From Escherichia phage nithesis: a stretch of 64,000 bases of DNA. Under the pieces are notes generated by a model. It was not told the DNA's origin. It searched no databases and saw nothing but the letters and a program-made list of their open reading frames with translations. Each line of letters opens with the position of its first letter. Within the stretch, counting starts at the first letter, position 1. Below, one piece after another: positions 48,813-58,593 of the stretch. The position numbers and the translations under genes are program-made. Location: the sequence record PV252060.1. One strand, 5' to 3'.

Positions 48813-50858
48813 TTACTTAGCAGCTTTGACCAGCTTGGTAGCTAACTTAGCTTCTTCTTCAGTCAGACCCATTGCAGTGAATGACTTCTTAGCATGACGC
48901 TTATAGTCTTGCAGAGCATGACCTTTCTGATAGTCGGAGTACGTCGTATCGTTAAGGATGCTACGTAGATTATCAGCATATTTACCAGATGGAGCTACTT
49001 TAGTGGCAGTAGCTGGTCGGTAAACCTTAGCTTTCTTCACTGATTTAGTTTTTGGTGCAGGAATGCGAGTACTACGGATAGTAGCAATAGCGTCTACTAC
49101 ATCGCTACCTACTTCGAATGCACCCCAAGGCTTACGAGCTTTACTACGCAGTTCTACCAGAAGATCAGCAGCAGCTAACTTATCTTCTGGTGTTGTTGCA
49201 TGAAGGAACTCTTTAACCAGTTCCTGAATCTGTTCTTTCACAGTAGGAGCCTTCTTATTAACAGGTTTAAGGTCAGTAGCCTTCACTGGTTCAGCAGCTA
49301 CAGCTTCATTCAGTGACTCTTCCATGTTCAGTGCTTCTTTACTAGCAACTGTACGGAATTGTTCTACAGAACCAGATGTGAGATTGGTGTATTTGAGGTT
49401 AGTACCATAATGACCACCAACCATAATAAGTGTGGTAGGTGAACTATGGTTCCCAACGATGGCATCATTAAGCAGCTTCTTACCTACTTCTGTTTTAGAC
49501 AGGTAGATACCATTGTTAACGTTATTACGCTCTTCTTCCGGTAACTCAGCAATAATATGATATGCAGATACACGCATCTTATTAGTGTTGTACTGAGGAA
49601 CAGCAAATACATCTTCCGGTGCTACTTTACCGAGAATAGTTACGTTACCACCGAAGCTACGGATATAGCTCATGGATGCTACATGCAGACCATTTGAGCA
49701 GTCCTGACGACGGTCAGGGTCTACCAGGTCTTCACGTACCTGCACTTTACAGCCTACCCATTGACGAATATTACCTGAGTGACAGTCAACGAATACACGC
49801 TTACCACCATTTACCTCTTTATACTTCAGACGCTTCAGGAACAGGATTGAACCATCATCAGCAATAGGCAGTTCAGCAGTTTCCATGAATTTCATCAGGT
49901 CTTCCACTGAGTGCAGACGGTCTTTAATAACCGGAGCCAGACGCTCAAGGAACTTAGTAAAACCCTTGTAGTCTTTCAGCTTGGCAGACTGACGTAAGTG
50001 ACGATGCAGGTTCTCAACTCCAGGGATAACCCCATTGTTGGTAACAGCAACAACCACTTCATCTTCCTTCATTTCGGTGTGGAAGTTAGCGTCATCGGTA
50101 CTAATAGCACCTAATGCAGCTAACTTCTCGGAGGCAGCAGCCAGTTTGTCCTGGTTCGTAACTTTAACCACTTCCACATGAGGAGGTGGCACTTCCCCCC
50201 TGTTAGTAAATACAACGTATACGCCTTTGATGTGCTGAGCTTGTTTAGCAAACTCATTCATCTCATCATCGGATACTGCACGAACTGCAACAGGCCATTC
50301 TTGTTTGAGCATGGTGTTGGTATGTTCATGACCCCAACACAGTACGTCGTTAATAAAACGAACCAGTGCAGGATGGTTATGGTCCTTATCCCAGCCAGTA
50401 ACCCACATCAGATTGTCACGTCTGTCGTAGAAACCGTCAGATACTGTTACTTCCGGTTCATTAGCCTGTACAGCCAGGAAGGTATCCATGGCTTTAGACA
50501 CTAGTGTCTTAGTAGGATTGCCTAACTTGATATCTGAGACGATATGTGCAGGTGGAACACCTGTACCATCCTGGAAGAACTCTTTCAGTTTAGCTTTAGC
50601 TACCTTGAAAAAACGGACGAATCCGTTAGTGTTCTTCTCTGCTTCCAGATATTCAGTACGCAGGTTTACTTCTGGTGCGATGTTTACTTCTATCTGGTCT
50701 TTGGTAGTTCCCAGACCTTTGGTTTGTGCTTCAGATACAATGCGAGCAACCCGTGGGTCGCTCTGAGGATATACAACCGTGGAGCCATCAGGCTTCCACA
50801 GTGTAAGGTTACGACTGTCAACTGCCAGTGCGATGATAGAAATCAGTTCGATTTTCAT
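48813..50858 (-). CDS. rIIB-like protein (tentative)
   Basis: 681 aa directly downstream of an rIIA-like gene; Lys-rich C-terminus; assignment by synteny and size only. Confidence 0.35.
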   Translation of the reverse strand: MKIELISIIALAVDSRNLTLWKPDGSTVVYPQSDPRVARIVSEAQTKGLGTTKDQIEVNIAPEVNLRTEYLEAEKNTNGFVRFFKVAKAKLKEFFQDGTGVPPAHIVSDIKLGNPTKTLVSKAMDTFLAVQANEPEVTVSDGFYDRRDNLMWVTGWDKDHNHPALVRFINDVLCWGHEHTNTMLKQEWPVAVRAVSDDEMNEFAKQAQHIKGVYVVFTNRGEVPPPHVEVVKVTNQDKLAAASEKLAALGAISTDDANFHTEMKEDEVVVAVTNNGVIPGVENLHRHLRQSAKLKDYKGFTKFLERLAPVIKDRLHSVEDLMKFMETAELPIADDGSILFLKRLKYKEVNGGKRVFVDCHSGNIRQWVGCKVQVREDLVDPDRRQDCSNGLHVASMSYIRSFGGNVTILGKVAPEDVFAVPQYNTNKMRVSAYHIIAELPEEERNNVNNGIYLSKTEVGKKLLNDAIVGNHSSPTTLIMVGGHYGTNLKYTNLTSGSVEQFRTVASKEALNMEESLNEAVAAEPVKATDLKPVNKKAPTVKEQIQELVKEFLHATTPEDKLAAADLLVELRSKARKPWGAFEVGSDVVDAIATIRSTRIPAPKTKSVKKAKVYRPATATKVAPSGKYADNLRSILNDTTYSDYQKGHALQDYKRHAKKSFTAMGLTEEEAKLATKLVKAAK

Positions 50859-50862
50859 CAGA

Positions 50863-53430
50863 TTAGTTACCTTTCAGTTTATTTAGACGATTACGGTAGA
50901 GGGACTTAAACCCAGGAATATCCTCTGGATTCTTCTTGAGATGTTTAACCAAACTACCTAAGTCCAGTGTCTGTAGAATGTCATTTTTATTCCAGCTATA
51001 ACTGAATAATTCTTTGTAACCGTTAAGTATTTTAAAGTACTTATGGTTACGGGGATTAACCATCTTTGCATACGGCTCTAAGTCATTCACTGACTTAATA
51101 CAACCCATTTCAACAAGTTTTTCTTTGTTGTCGTGTGGCCGATTTCGTAGAAAGTCATACGCCCATTCATATTCTGGTTTAAAAATCAGATTCTGTAATG
51201 GTTTGAATGTTAGACCCAGTATGTCGAGGATTTCCCAATATTCCCTGTCATCCAGTCCCACGTATTCAAGAATACCAATACGGTGTTCAGTAACATATTT
51301 CTTGAAGCCTTTACTGGTAATAACTGACATCAATTCACTAAAGCGAACATCATCAATGTGGATAGCACCACGTCGTTTAGCCTTGTTAGCTTCGATTTGA
51401 TTGCGACAGACAACTGTCTCTGCTTTCATCTCATCGGACAATTCATACCATTTCCACATGGTTCCTATTTGAGCAGTTACAGGACTACCAGAACCAACCT
51501 GATTGGCTAGCACGTAGTACTTAGGTTGCTCCACTTCGACGAAACCGTACTTCTTATGGCGACTTGAGTCAGCAAAACCCTTGTCAATGAATGGTTTAGA
51601 TACCAAATCACCGCTCTTATCCCGTACAGGGGTAGTACCAAGAACTGCATTCAATGAAATCAGAGCATTGGTTTTACCCCCTGCTTTGGTTTTATTGGCA
51701 GCTATTGTCTTAGCACGTTTCTCAGCAGCTAACTTAGCCTGCTCTCTACGGAAGTTAGTCGGTTTGTCCCACTCATTATATTGAGTAAGGTCAATTACTC
51801 TATAACCCATAGCAGTGAACTTAGCTACAGCTTCCTCTGCTGCACCCTTCTTAGGACCAACAACGTGAACAAAAGCTGTACGCTCCAGGTCACCTCGGTT
51901 GTACTCAGGGAAGTATGAGAAAGAGTCTGCACAATCAGATAAACGTCGGGTAACTACAACGTTCTTGGTAGTGAATATGCCAATACTCTGATGAGAGTTA
52001 TGGAATATCCTAAAGTAGTCAGCGAGTTTACCCTTCTCCAAGTCAACACTGTTACCCTGGTTCACTATGTAACCAGACCACTTAATACCAGTAGCTTTTA
52101 AAGCAGCAAGCTGAGGTAAGTGCAGATGTCGATAAACTAATTCATGGAATTGGGAGTGTGTACCTTCTTCACGAGTATCCTTAAGAGCACGCATAGCCTT
52201 ACCATAAAGTTTCTTAAGACCTGCATATTCAGGACGAGCTAACAATGCTTTATTGGATAAATTACGCCAATGCTTGATGTGATGCTTACGTTGCTTAGCC
52301 CATAAACTAGAGGACATATAACGTTGAACGATTCTGTCTGTAACAGCAAGCATAAAAGAAGGATAGGTCCAGAAGCAAGTAGAGGATTTAGAGGCGTATT
52401 CTTCAATCTGCTTAATAGCTTCAGGAATCTTAGCCTTAATCTCTTTCTCCATACGGTCTACTAAATCTACACATAGAGTAGTAATACCATCGTCGGTTAA
52501 CTTCTGGTTAGACAGCGTTTCTCGACTAGGAGCAATAGCCAGAGTATCCGGTGCAGCCTGAACTACTAAATTAGATGCTCCAATAATATTCATGAAGTTG
52601 AGGATAAGACCTACAGCCTCTTCACTAGCCGGGCTGGATACAATTGGGTACATTACGTTACCGTAACGAACGAATATGTTGCTGTTACCCATATAGCCTT
52701 TATACCAGCTATCAGACATATCATATGAACCAGGTTCAAATGACATGCCTAATGTATTCAGTAGAGTGTAGTCACCCTGCTGAATGCTATTACCTGCTTC
52801 TGTTTTAACAAGTTTAGGGATACTAAGCTTAGCTTTAATCTCACCATTGAACACGATTGATGTGATGTAATGCACGAAGGTATTTACGTCATGTTTACCC
52901 AACTGGAATTTAACTTCCAGTCCAGATTCCTCAGTGGGAATATTAGTAACAATAGGAACAATACCAGGCTTACCATCATTCTCAATCGCAGCTTTAGCTA
53001 CGTTATATACCGACATCTTCCCTTGGTTCCATGAAGTAACCTGGAAGCTATCTGTATAAGCGAATGGGGATTTACATCCCAGACCAAAGCCACCAGTAAC
53101 ACTACTGTTGGACTTTTTAGTAGATGTACCATAGACACCATAAATGGAACCAATGAGTTCATCTGGGATACCGTTACCGTAGTCACGAAAGGTAATAAAG
53201 TTGTTTGTATCAATAGTGATACGAATAGGGGTATCAGTCTTACCTGCTTCAATATGAGCATCCCAACTGTTACAGATAGTCTCACGGACTACTGCCAGAG
53301 TAGGATTGTTATACAAGGAAGTACTTAATACATGGAAGAATGCCGGGTCATCAGAGATGCCAAAGGCAATTGTTTCTTTGCCACCCAGTGTCGCTGAGGT
53401 AGCTATTTCATTGGTATCTGCAACTAACAT
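50863..53430 (-). CDS. rIIA-like protein with N-terminal GHKL/histidine-kinase-like ATPase domain
   Basis: 855 aa; N-box-like RETICNSWDAH, G1-box-like RDYGNGIP, G2-like GTSTKK...GGFGLG. Confidence 0.5.
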   Translation of the reverse strand: MLVADTNEIATSATLGGKETIAFGISDDPAFFHVLSTSLYNNPTLAVVRETICNSWDAHIEAGKTDTPIRITIDTNNFITFRDYGNGIPDELIGSIYGVYGTSTKKSNSSVTGGFGLGCKSPFAYTDSFQVTSWNQGKMSVYNVAKAAIENDGKPGIVPIVTNIPTEESGLEVKFQLGKHDVNTFVHYITSIVFNGEIKAKLSIPKLVKTEAGNSIQQGDYTLLNTLGMSFEPGSYDMSDSWYKGYMGNSNIFVRYGNVMYPIVSSPASEEAVGLILNFMNIIGASNLVVQAAPDTLAIAPSRETLSNQKLTDDGITTLCVDLVDRMEKEIKAKIPEAIKQIEEYASKSSTCFWTYPSFMLAVTDRIVQRYMSSSLWAKQRKHHIKHWRNLSNKALLARPEYAGLKKLYGKAMRALKDTREEGTHSQFHELVYRHLHLPQLAALKATGIKWSGYIVNQGNSVDLEKGKLADYFRIFHNSHQSIGIFTTKNVVVTRRLSDCADSFSYFPEYNRGDLERTAFVHVVGPKKGAAEEAVAKFTAMGYRVIDLTQYNEWDKPTNFRREQAKLAAEKRAKTIAANKTKAGGKTNALISLNAVLGTTPVRDKSGDLVSKPFIDKGFADSSRHKKYGFVEVEQPKYYVLANQVGSGSPVTAQIGTMWKWYELSDEMKAETVVCRNQIEANKAKRRGAIHIDDVRFSELMSVITSKGFKKYVTEHRIGILEYVGLDDREYWEILDILGLTFKPLQNLIFKPEYEWAYDFLRNRPHDNKEKLVEMGCIKSVNDLEPYAKMVNPRNHKYFKILNGYKELFSYSWNKNDILQTLDLGSLVKHLKKNPEDIPGFKSLYRNRLNKLKGN

Positions 53431-53457
53431 TTATTTACTCTCCAGATTAAATGTTGC

Positions 53458-53706
53458 TTACATTAGAACTTGTTTACACTTATCAAAAATAGCTTTACGA
53501 AGTTCAGCTTCTTCCCGTGGTTCATCATTAGGATGGTGACCCACTGGACTGTTTTGAAAAGCATTCATTAGGAATAAGACCTGATACTCGGTTAAGCCAT
53601 TAATCTGAATGCTATACGTTTTCTCTGAGGTGATATTTACATTAGCCATTACGTTTACCTGCCATTGCTTGTAATACAAACACAGCCATATCTGATGCCA
53701 TGTCAT
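53458..53706 (-). CDS. small hypothetical protein
   Basis: 82-aa ORF in a run of tightly packed small minus-strand ORFs. Confidence 0.3.
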   Translation of the reverse strand: MTWHQIWLCLYYKQWQVNVMANVNITSEKTYSIQINGLTEYQVLFLMNAFQNSPVGHHPNDEPREEAELRKAIFDKCKQVLM

Positions 53707-54016
53707 CCGTTATATCGTTGACCGTTCCATATGGTAATGGGCCATTCTCTTCCCAGTTATCTAATGTGTTTTGTACTTCAGCTAAACCAGCCTGAATCAT
53801 TTCCCTATTTGGCTCCAGCCATAATTTACGTTCCTCTGCTAATGCAGCAATACACACACAAAGGGAGGCTATATTAGCTGGACAAGCAGCAATATCACCC
53901 GTAACAGCAATCTCACTAAGTGGGACAGCCTTACCGGTTTTACTATGAATTACTTCAGGGTTAATCATGAATTTGCTCCAGGTTATGGGCAGGAATAGGG
54001 AAGCATGGATAGTCAC
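53642..54016 (-). CDS. small hypothetical protein
   Basis: ORF-track ORF; true start probably at an internal Met. Confidence 0.3.
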   Translation of the reverse strand: MTIHASLFLPITWSKFMINPEVIHSKTGKAVPLSEIAVTGDIAACPANIASLCVCIAALAEERKLWLEPNREMIQAGLAEVQNTLDNWEENGPLPYGTVNDITDDMASDMAVFVLQAMAGKRNG

Positions 54017-54173
54017 CGGTAGGGTCCAGTGTTACTGATACATGCAGTGTATTGGTCATTTGGGTTAGCATCTGAGCAGCATTGAAATCATCCTGGATAC
54101 AGGCATATACAATGTCACCCTTCTCACCCTCACACATTATTGGGGTGTCTTTAATGCGGTATTTAGCAGGCAT
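53961..54173 (-). CDS. small hypothetical protein
   Basis: 70-aa ORF. Confidence 0.3.
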   Translation of the reverse strand: MPAKYRIKDTPIMCEGEKGDIVYACIQDDFNAAQMLTQMTNTLHVSVTLDPTGDYPCFPIPAHNLEQIHD

Positions 54174-54202
54174 ATGCCCTCCTGAAAGAGTTAATTGAAA
54201 CC

Positions 54203-54227
54203 AAAAAAAGACCTCCCGGAGGAGGTC
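54203..54227 (-). terminator. intrinsic terminator (minus strand)
   Basis: GACCTCC-CGGA-GGAGGTC hairpin followed on the minus strand by T7. Confidence 0.6.
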
Positions 54228-54233
54228 TTAGGT

Positions 54234-54470
54234 TTACTTACGATTTCCACCAAAGAAGCGTATCACACGTTCCTTTGCTTCATCCTGCTCTTTAATAGCT
54301 ACATAGTCTCGTGCATAGTAATAAGCACACCATAAGCCAATACTACATGCAGAGAAGCGAGCCACTACGAAGAACATCTCTTCTAGGCTCTGAGCATTAT
54401 GTAATGAAAATACAAATTCCAGAACCAGGATGATACTTACAATCATTGCCTGGATAGCTAGTTTTTTCAT
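54234..54470 (-). CDS. small membrane protein
   Basis: 78 aa with two hydrophobic segments. Confidence 0.35.
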   Translation of the reverse strand: MKKLAIQAMIVSIILVLEFVFSLHNAQSLEEMFFVVARFSACSIGLWCAYYYARDYVAIKEQDEAKERVIRFFGGNRK

Positions 54471-55411
54471 TCAGTAATAGTCTCACCTGGGATTAATTTA
54501 CGGAACTGGATAAAGTGGAGTAAGTTGCCTGAGTACAGATTTCCTTCTTTATCCATGGATGTAACACCTTGTTCCCAAGTAACTGAGTTCATGTTATTCA
54601 CATACTTCTCACTAAGGTTCATAGGAGTAGCCTGATGTTCTGTTGGAGAAGCATGAATAGGTTGGTCTTCCACTAACTTAGCAAATAAGCTAAGGTCTTC
54701 TTCGATAGTAGATGGGCGTCCCTCAAAATTGTTATAGGAAGCACGGGCACAGCGTGCAGCACTTACTTTAAGAAGTAGTCCATGCACTTCTGCATCACTT
54801 GGTTCATCGCGTGTAATTCGATTACGTTTGCAGAAATTGTAAGCCCCAACACGGTCAATATGAGCAATATATGGCAAATGCCATTGCCCATACGATAATG
54901 TCCTTGGTGTACTTTCTTCGTGTGCCTTACGCATGGCCTGAGCCAGTAAACGGATTTCCGGCTGGGCATCCTCATGGTCACGTAAACCATAGAAATTAGC
55001 CCAGCTAGTTGAAGTTACTACTACACGGATATGTGTGAAGGGTTCCAGAATACGGTTAACAATCTGCTTGTGTACTTGCCCACGACGCAGCTGTTCTGCA
55101 TACACAGCAGCAGCAGATGCAGCGTTATCCCAGATAAACTTAGCATCCTCAATCTCCATAGGAGTGAGTTCTTCCTCTGCTTGCATGCCTTTCTGGTTCT
55201 TGCCCCAGTGACTTGGCATCACTGGTTCATTACGAACCTGTTCGATAAGTTTAGAGGTAGGAATAGCACGACTACTTGAAGCATTACGGTTGAATACACG
55301 GTGAGTCATAAACTCACTGTGAATGAATCGGGGATAAACCAATTCAAAGGTTGTGATACGAGTTCCTGTTTCTGGATGAACGGAATCTGCAATTACTGAT
55401 GCCTTAATCAT
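54467..55411 (-). CDS. thyX: flavin-dependent thymidylate synthase (ThyX)
   Basis: 314 aa; HRVFNRNASSSR matches the ThyX signature (R)HR-x7-S-x-R apart from the first Arg. Confidence 0.55.
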   Translation of the reverse strand: MIKASVIADSVHPETGTRITTFELVYPRFIHSEFMTHRVFNRNASSSRAIPTSKLIEQVRNEPVMPSHWGKNQKGMQAEEELTPMEIEDAKFIWDNAASAAAVYAEQLRRGQVHKQIVNRILEPFTHIRVVVTSTSWANFYGLRDHEDAQPEIRLLAQAMRKAHEESTPRTLSYGQWHLPYIAHIDRVGAYNFCKRNRITRDEPSDAEVHGLLLKVSAARCARASYNNFEGRPSTIEEDLSLFAKLVEDQPIHASPTEHQATPMNLSEKYVNNMNSVTWEQGVTSMDKEGNLYSGNLLHFIQFRKLIPGETITE

Positions 55412-55854
55412 TAGAATGACCTTAGATAGTTGGTGATACCACTTCTCGTTTCTGTGATTCTCTTAACCTGAACATATACCAGCTTAAACTCACTACGAGG
55501 TAGTTCCTGTAATACTGCCACACCTTCAGTAAGAGCCACAGAACACGCTATGGCGGTTTCTTCTTTAAAGGAGTACAAGTCTTCATACATGAGGGCTTCA
55601 TACTCTTTACGGAGCATACAGAGAGCATTTCTTGCCTTATCACTTACTTCTTGTGAACCAGCAGTCATAGCTAAGCTGTATATGATAAAGACTTGTTCAA
55701 AAACAAAGTCCAGTAATCTATCAGGGTTGTTAGTCCCCATAAATAATTTTGTTATGCAGGAACGAGCTTTACGGTTGAGTTCATACTCATCCTCTATGCC
55801 TTTATTATAAAGAACAGGATTTCGTTCCCTTTTTCTTAGAAATGGGATACGCAT
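55411..55854 (-). CDS. hypothetical protein
   Basis: 147-aa ORF, stop/start overlap with neighbours. Confidence 0.35.
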   Translation of the reverse strand: MRIPFLRKRERNPVLYNKGIEDEYELNRKARSCITKLFMGTNNPDRLLDFVFEQVFIIYSLAMTAGSQEVSDKARNALCMLRKEYEALMYEDLYSFKEETAIACSVALTEGVAVLQELPRSEFKLVYVQVKRITETRSGITNYLRSF

Positions 55855-56237
55855 TAGTATTTACTACCTCTTCTATACCAGGGGTAGTGATGGGTAGTGC
55901 TCTTACCTTTGAACACATCCTTGGTACGGGGATTCTTTTGTATTTGGGCCAGATAAAGATGCATTTCGTCATAACATGGACTAAGCCAGAACTTATCTAT
56001 GATTCGGTCTACCTTAGATTTCAGATGTGGTTCTGGGGGAATGTATGGATGAAAAGATCTGCTAGTAGTCCATCCTTTTTGAACAAGAACCTGCATTGCT
56101 GCATAAACATCAGGACCAATTCCATTATCTTCTACTAGGTCATGGATAGTTTTACCCAAAGTGAGCATTGCAGTTTGTTCTAGTTTACTTAAGTCCAGCC
56201 CATACAAGATAGACTTACCATTTCGTCTGTTTGTCAT
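55854..56237 (-). CDS. hypothetical protein
   Basis: 127-aa ORF. Confidence 0.35.
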   Translation of the reverse strand: MTNRRNGKSILYGLDLSKLEQTAMLTLGKTIHDLVEDNGIGPDVYAAMQVLVQKGWTTSRSFHPYIPPEPHLKSKVDRIIDKFWLSPCYDEMHLYLAQIQKNPRTKDVFKGKSTTHHYPWYRRGSKY

Positions 56238-56252
56238 AAGAGTACCTGTAAA

Positions 56253-56280
56253 TAAAAAAGCCCACTGGTTAGGTGGGCTT
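56253..56280 (-). terminator. intrinsic terminator (minus strand)
   Basis: GCCCAC-loop-GTGGGC hairpin followed on the minus strand by a T-run. Confidence 0.5.
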
Positions 56281-56354
56281 GGGTTAGGAGATGGATAAGC
56301 AATGAGCTGGAAGCAACTTCCACAAGCACCACTATGTAATGATGCTTAGATTAG

Positions 56355-56651
56355 TTACTCTGCTTTACTGCTCGTTTGAGACACGTTGTATTGGTTACCA
56401 CTACCAACGTTAACGATTGTAGTCTGAGACTGTCCTTTATTAGACAGTGACCAAATCAGTGCTACTACCCAGAATACTAGTGACCAGCCTAATACGATAT
56501 TAAGCACACCAATGCCCCACTTAGAGGCATGGCCTCGTGCAAAAGCAATGATAGTAGGGATAAGGTATACAGCTAATATGAATAAGAAAACAAGGATTGC
56601 TGCTAAAGATTCCATGATGGTTCCTATGTGGGGTTGAGTTAGTTTCTTCAC
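56355..56651 (-). CDS. superinfection-immunity-like small membrane protein
   Basis: 98 aa; two transmembrane segments and IIAFARGHASKWGIGVLNIVLGWSLVFWVVALIWS pattern resembling the phage Imm family. Confidence 0.45.
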   Translation of the reverse strand: MKKLTQPHIGTIMESLAAILVFLFILAVYLIPTIIAFARGHASKWGIGVLNIVLGWSLVFWVVALIWSLSNKGQSQTTIVNVGSGNQYNVSQTSSKAE

Positions 56652-56688
56652 AAATAGCCCAACTATGTTGGGCTATTTAGGCAGCTAC

Positions 56689-56898
56689 TTACTCAGCATC
56701 TTTGCTTGTAGGAGCAAGAGCTTTTTTCAAGTAATTACGTACTGAACGATAAGTTTCTTTGGTTTCCATAGCACCATCATTTACGAATGTGATGCGTGCA
56801 CAATCAGACAGTGGAACAGATTCCACTGCAATCACGTTTGCAGCATTAATGGTTACACGTACATTTGAGGTTGCATTAGTTACTTGAAATACTGACAT
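56689..56898 (-). CDS. small hypothetical protein
   Basis: 69-aa ORF. Confidence 0.3.
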   Translation of the reverse strand: MSVFQVTNATSNVRVTINAANVIAVESVPLSDCARITFVNDGAMETKETYRSVRNYLKKALAPTSKDAE

Positions 56899-56907
56899 GT
56901 TGTTTCC

Positions 56908-57414
56908 TTATTTACTGCTTCTTGCAGCTACTGGTTTGTTTTCCTGATTCTGATACTTGCCATTGTAATTAGCAGGTTCTTGAACCAGATGAAATAATAC
57001 TTGAGCTATCCCAGCACCAGCCGGGATATGCAATTTCTTGCGACCATTATAGACCAGTTCAAGAGTCAAATACCCTTTCCATCCCGGTTCTATTACGGTA
57101 TTGAACACAGATAATGCACGTCTTGCCCACGTAGACTTATCGTGAACGATGGCTACGCAGGATGGTGACATGTTGAACTTCTCAATTGCTGAAGCCAATG
57201 TGAACTTACCGAGATGGCGTGATACTTGATCTCCATCAACGACCTTCACCATTGGAATCAACCCAAATAAGCGATAAAAGGTGATATCTTGTTTGATACG
57301 AATATCGTAACCAGCTTCACCTAATCCATAGCTTACACCGTGTTCGGATACCTTATGGTCTGGAACATCCAGCAATTGGGATGAACGATAGAGAGAATTA
57401 CCATTAACAACCAT
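56908..57414 (-). CDS. dcd: dCTP deaminase / dUTPase-superfamily protein
   Basis: 168 aa; GYDIRI, NTVIEPGWKGYLTLEL and GAGIAQ resemble conserved dCTP deaminase/dUTPase motifs. Confidence 0.55.
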   Translation of the reverse strand: MVVNGNSLYRSSQLLDVPDHKVSEHGVSYGLGEAGYDIRIKQDITFYRLFGLIPMVKVVDGDQVSRHLGKFTLASAIEKFNMSPSCVAIVHDKSTWARRALSVFNTVIEPGWKGYLTLELVYNGRKKLHIPAGAGIAQVLFHLVQEPANYNGKYQNQENKPVAARSSK

Positions 57415-58589
57415 TATTTCATTCCTTTAGGGATATGAACTACCTCCCCAAAAGGTACGGTAGCATTGGGATTATTCAGAACACACCAGATGATTGGAAT
57501 ATCAAATGGCAATTCTTCCATAGGGCGAACATACATATCAGAGAATATGATTGCAGCGGTTGGCTTATTCTTAATAATCCACTCGCGTACTGGTTCAAGG
57601 TTTGTACCACCACGACCGGTAATCTTAATCTCTTCAAAAGTATCTTCTTCAGTGATGTCTATTTCTTCCTGGATAATATCGTCGAAGGTAATTAGGGACA
57701 TCTTCTTAGGATTGAACTGGCTCTTAACGTAAGCAACCTCTGAGTTAAAACGCAGAGAGTCAGCACTACTAATAGAACCAGATACATCCTCAAAGTAGGC
57801 TAAGTGACGTAGACGTCCTTCATCATCTTCCAAGGAAGGTAGATAAATATCTGTGTAACGACGGTTAGGTCTGGCCCACGTATAGTGAGTGTCATCAATG
57901 TCGGTAAAGAAGTTCATGAGAACTTCCTGCCATGGAACCACTGGTTTAAGGAATTGGGTAATAACCTCTTCCATACGTCCAGCACCTTTACCGGGCATCT
58001 GTCCACCGGCCATTTTCTGGCTTTGCATTGAACGTACTACGTTGTTGACGACAGCACCCTGGGACTGCCCCGAAGTGGGGGATTTCATGTCGCCAGCAAG
58101 ACCTGCTCCAGCACCCCCTGACGGCTTCTGCCTTTTCTGGGGGTTCTTCATCAGGTCATCGTAGATGTCTTCTTCGACCCATCCCTTATATTTATGGTCT
58201 TTGCAAATACCTTCATTGATACCAGTGAACTTGTAACCATCTTCTTCTAACTGAAGGTTAATGAAGTGGTCACATGCCTGGTTCCAGATTTCCGGGTCAC
58301 GGCTTCCACGACGAATGTCATGTAGATATGCCACATGCCAGAGTTCGTGCATTAATACTGTTTCTCTTGCATCTGGACACATCCAGATAAAGAAATCAGG
58401 ATTGAAATGGAGTTCTATCCCATCAGTACATGCAGTGGGACAATCCTCACGTTTCCATGAGAATTTAAGACTACAAAGTAATGAACCAAAGAACGCAGCA
58501 GACTTGCCTAGGAAAGCCTGAGCCTGAATACGGTCATACTCACGCATGAGTTGTTCATCACTAAGTGTGTGCTGAGGAAATTGGTTCAT
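57414..58589 (-). CDS. VWA-domain protein with N-terminal HExxH metallopeptidase-like domain (DUF2201-like)
   Basis: HELWH zinc-binding-type motif in N-terminal half; MIDAS-like DVSGSIS motif in C-terminal half; adjacent to AAA+ ATPase gene; start moved to internal Met. Confidence 0.5.
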   Translation of the reverse strand: MNQFPQHTLSDEQLMREYDRIQAQAFLGKSAAFFGSLLCSLKFSWKREDCPTACTDGIELHFNPDFFIWMCPDARETVLMHELWHVAYLHDIRRGSRDPEIWNQACDHFINLQLEEDGYKFTGINEGICKDHKYKGWVEEDIYDDLMKNPQKRQKPSGGAGAGLAGDMKSPTSGQSQGAVVNNVVRSMQSQKMAGGQMPGKGAGRMEEVITQFLKPVVPWQEVLMNFFTDIDDTHYTWARPNRRYTDIYLPSLEDDEGRLRHLAYFEDVSGSISSADSLRFNSEVAYVKSQFNPKKMSLITFDDIIQEEIDITEEDTFEEIKITGRGGTNLEPVREWIIKNKPTAAIIFSDMYVRPMEELPFDIPIIWCVLNNPNATVPFGEVVHIPKGMK

Positions 58590-58593
58590 TGTT

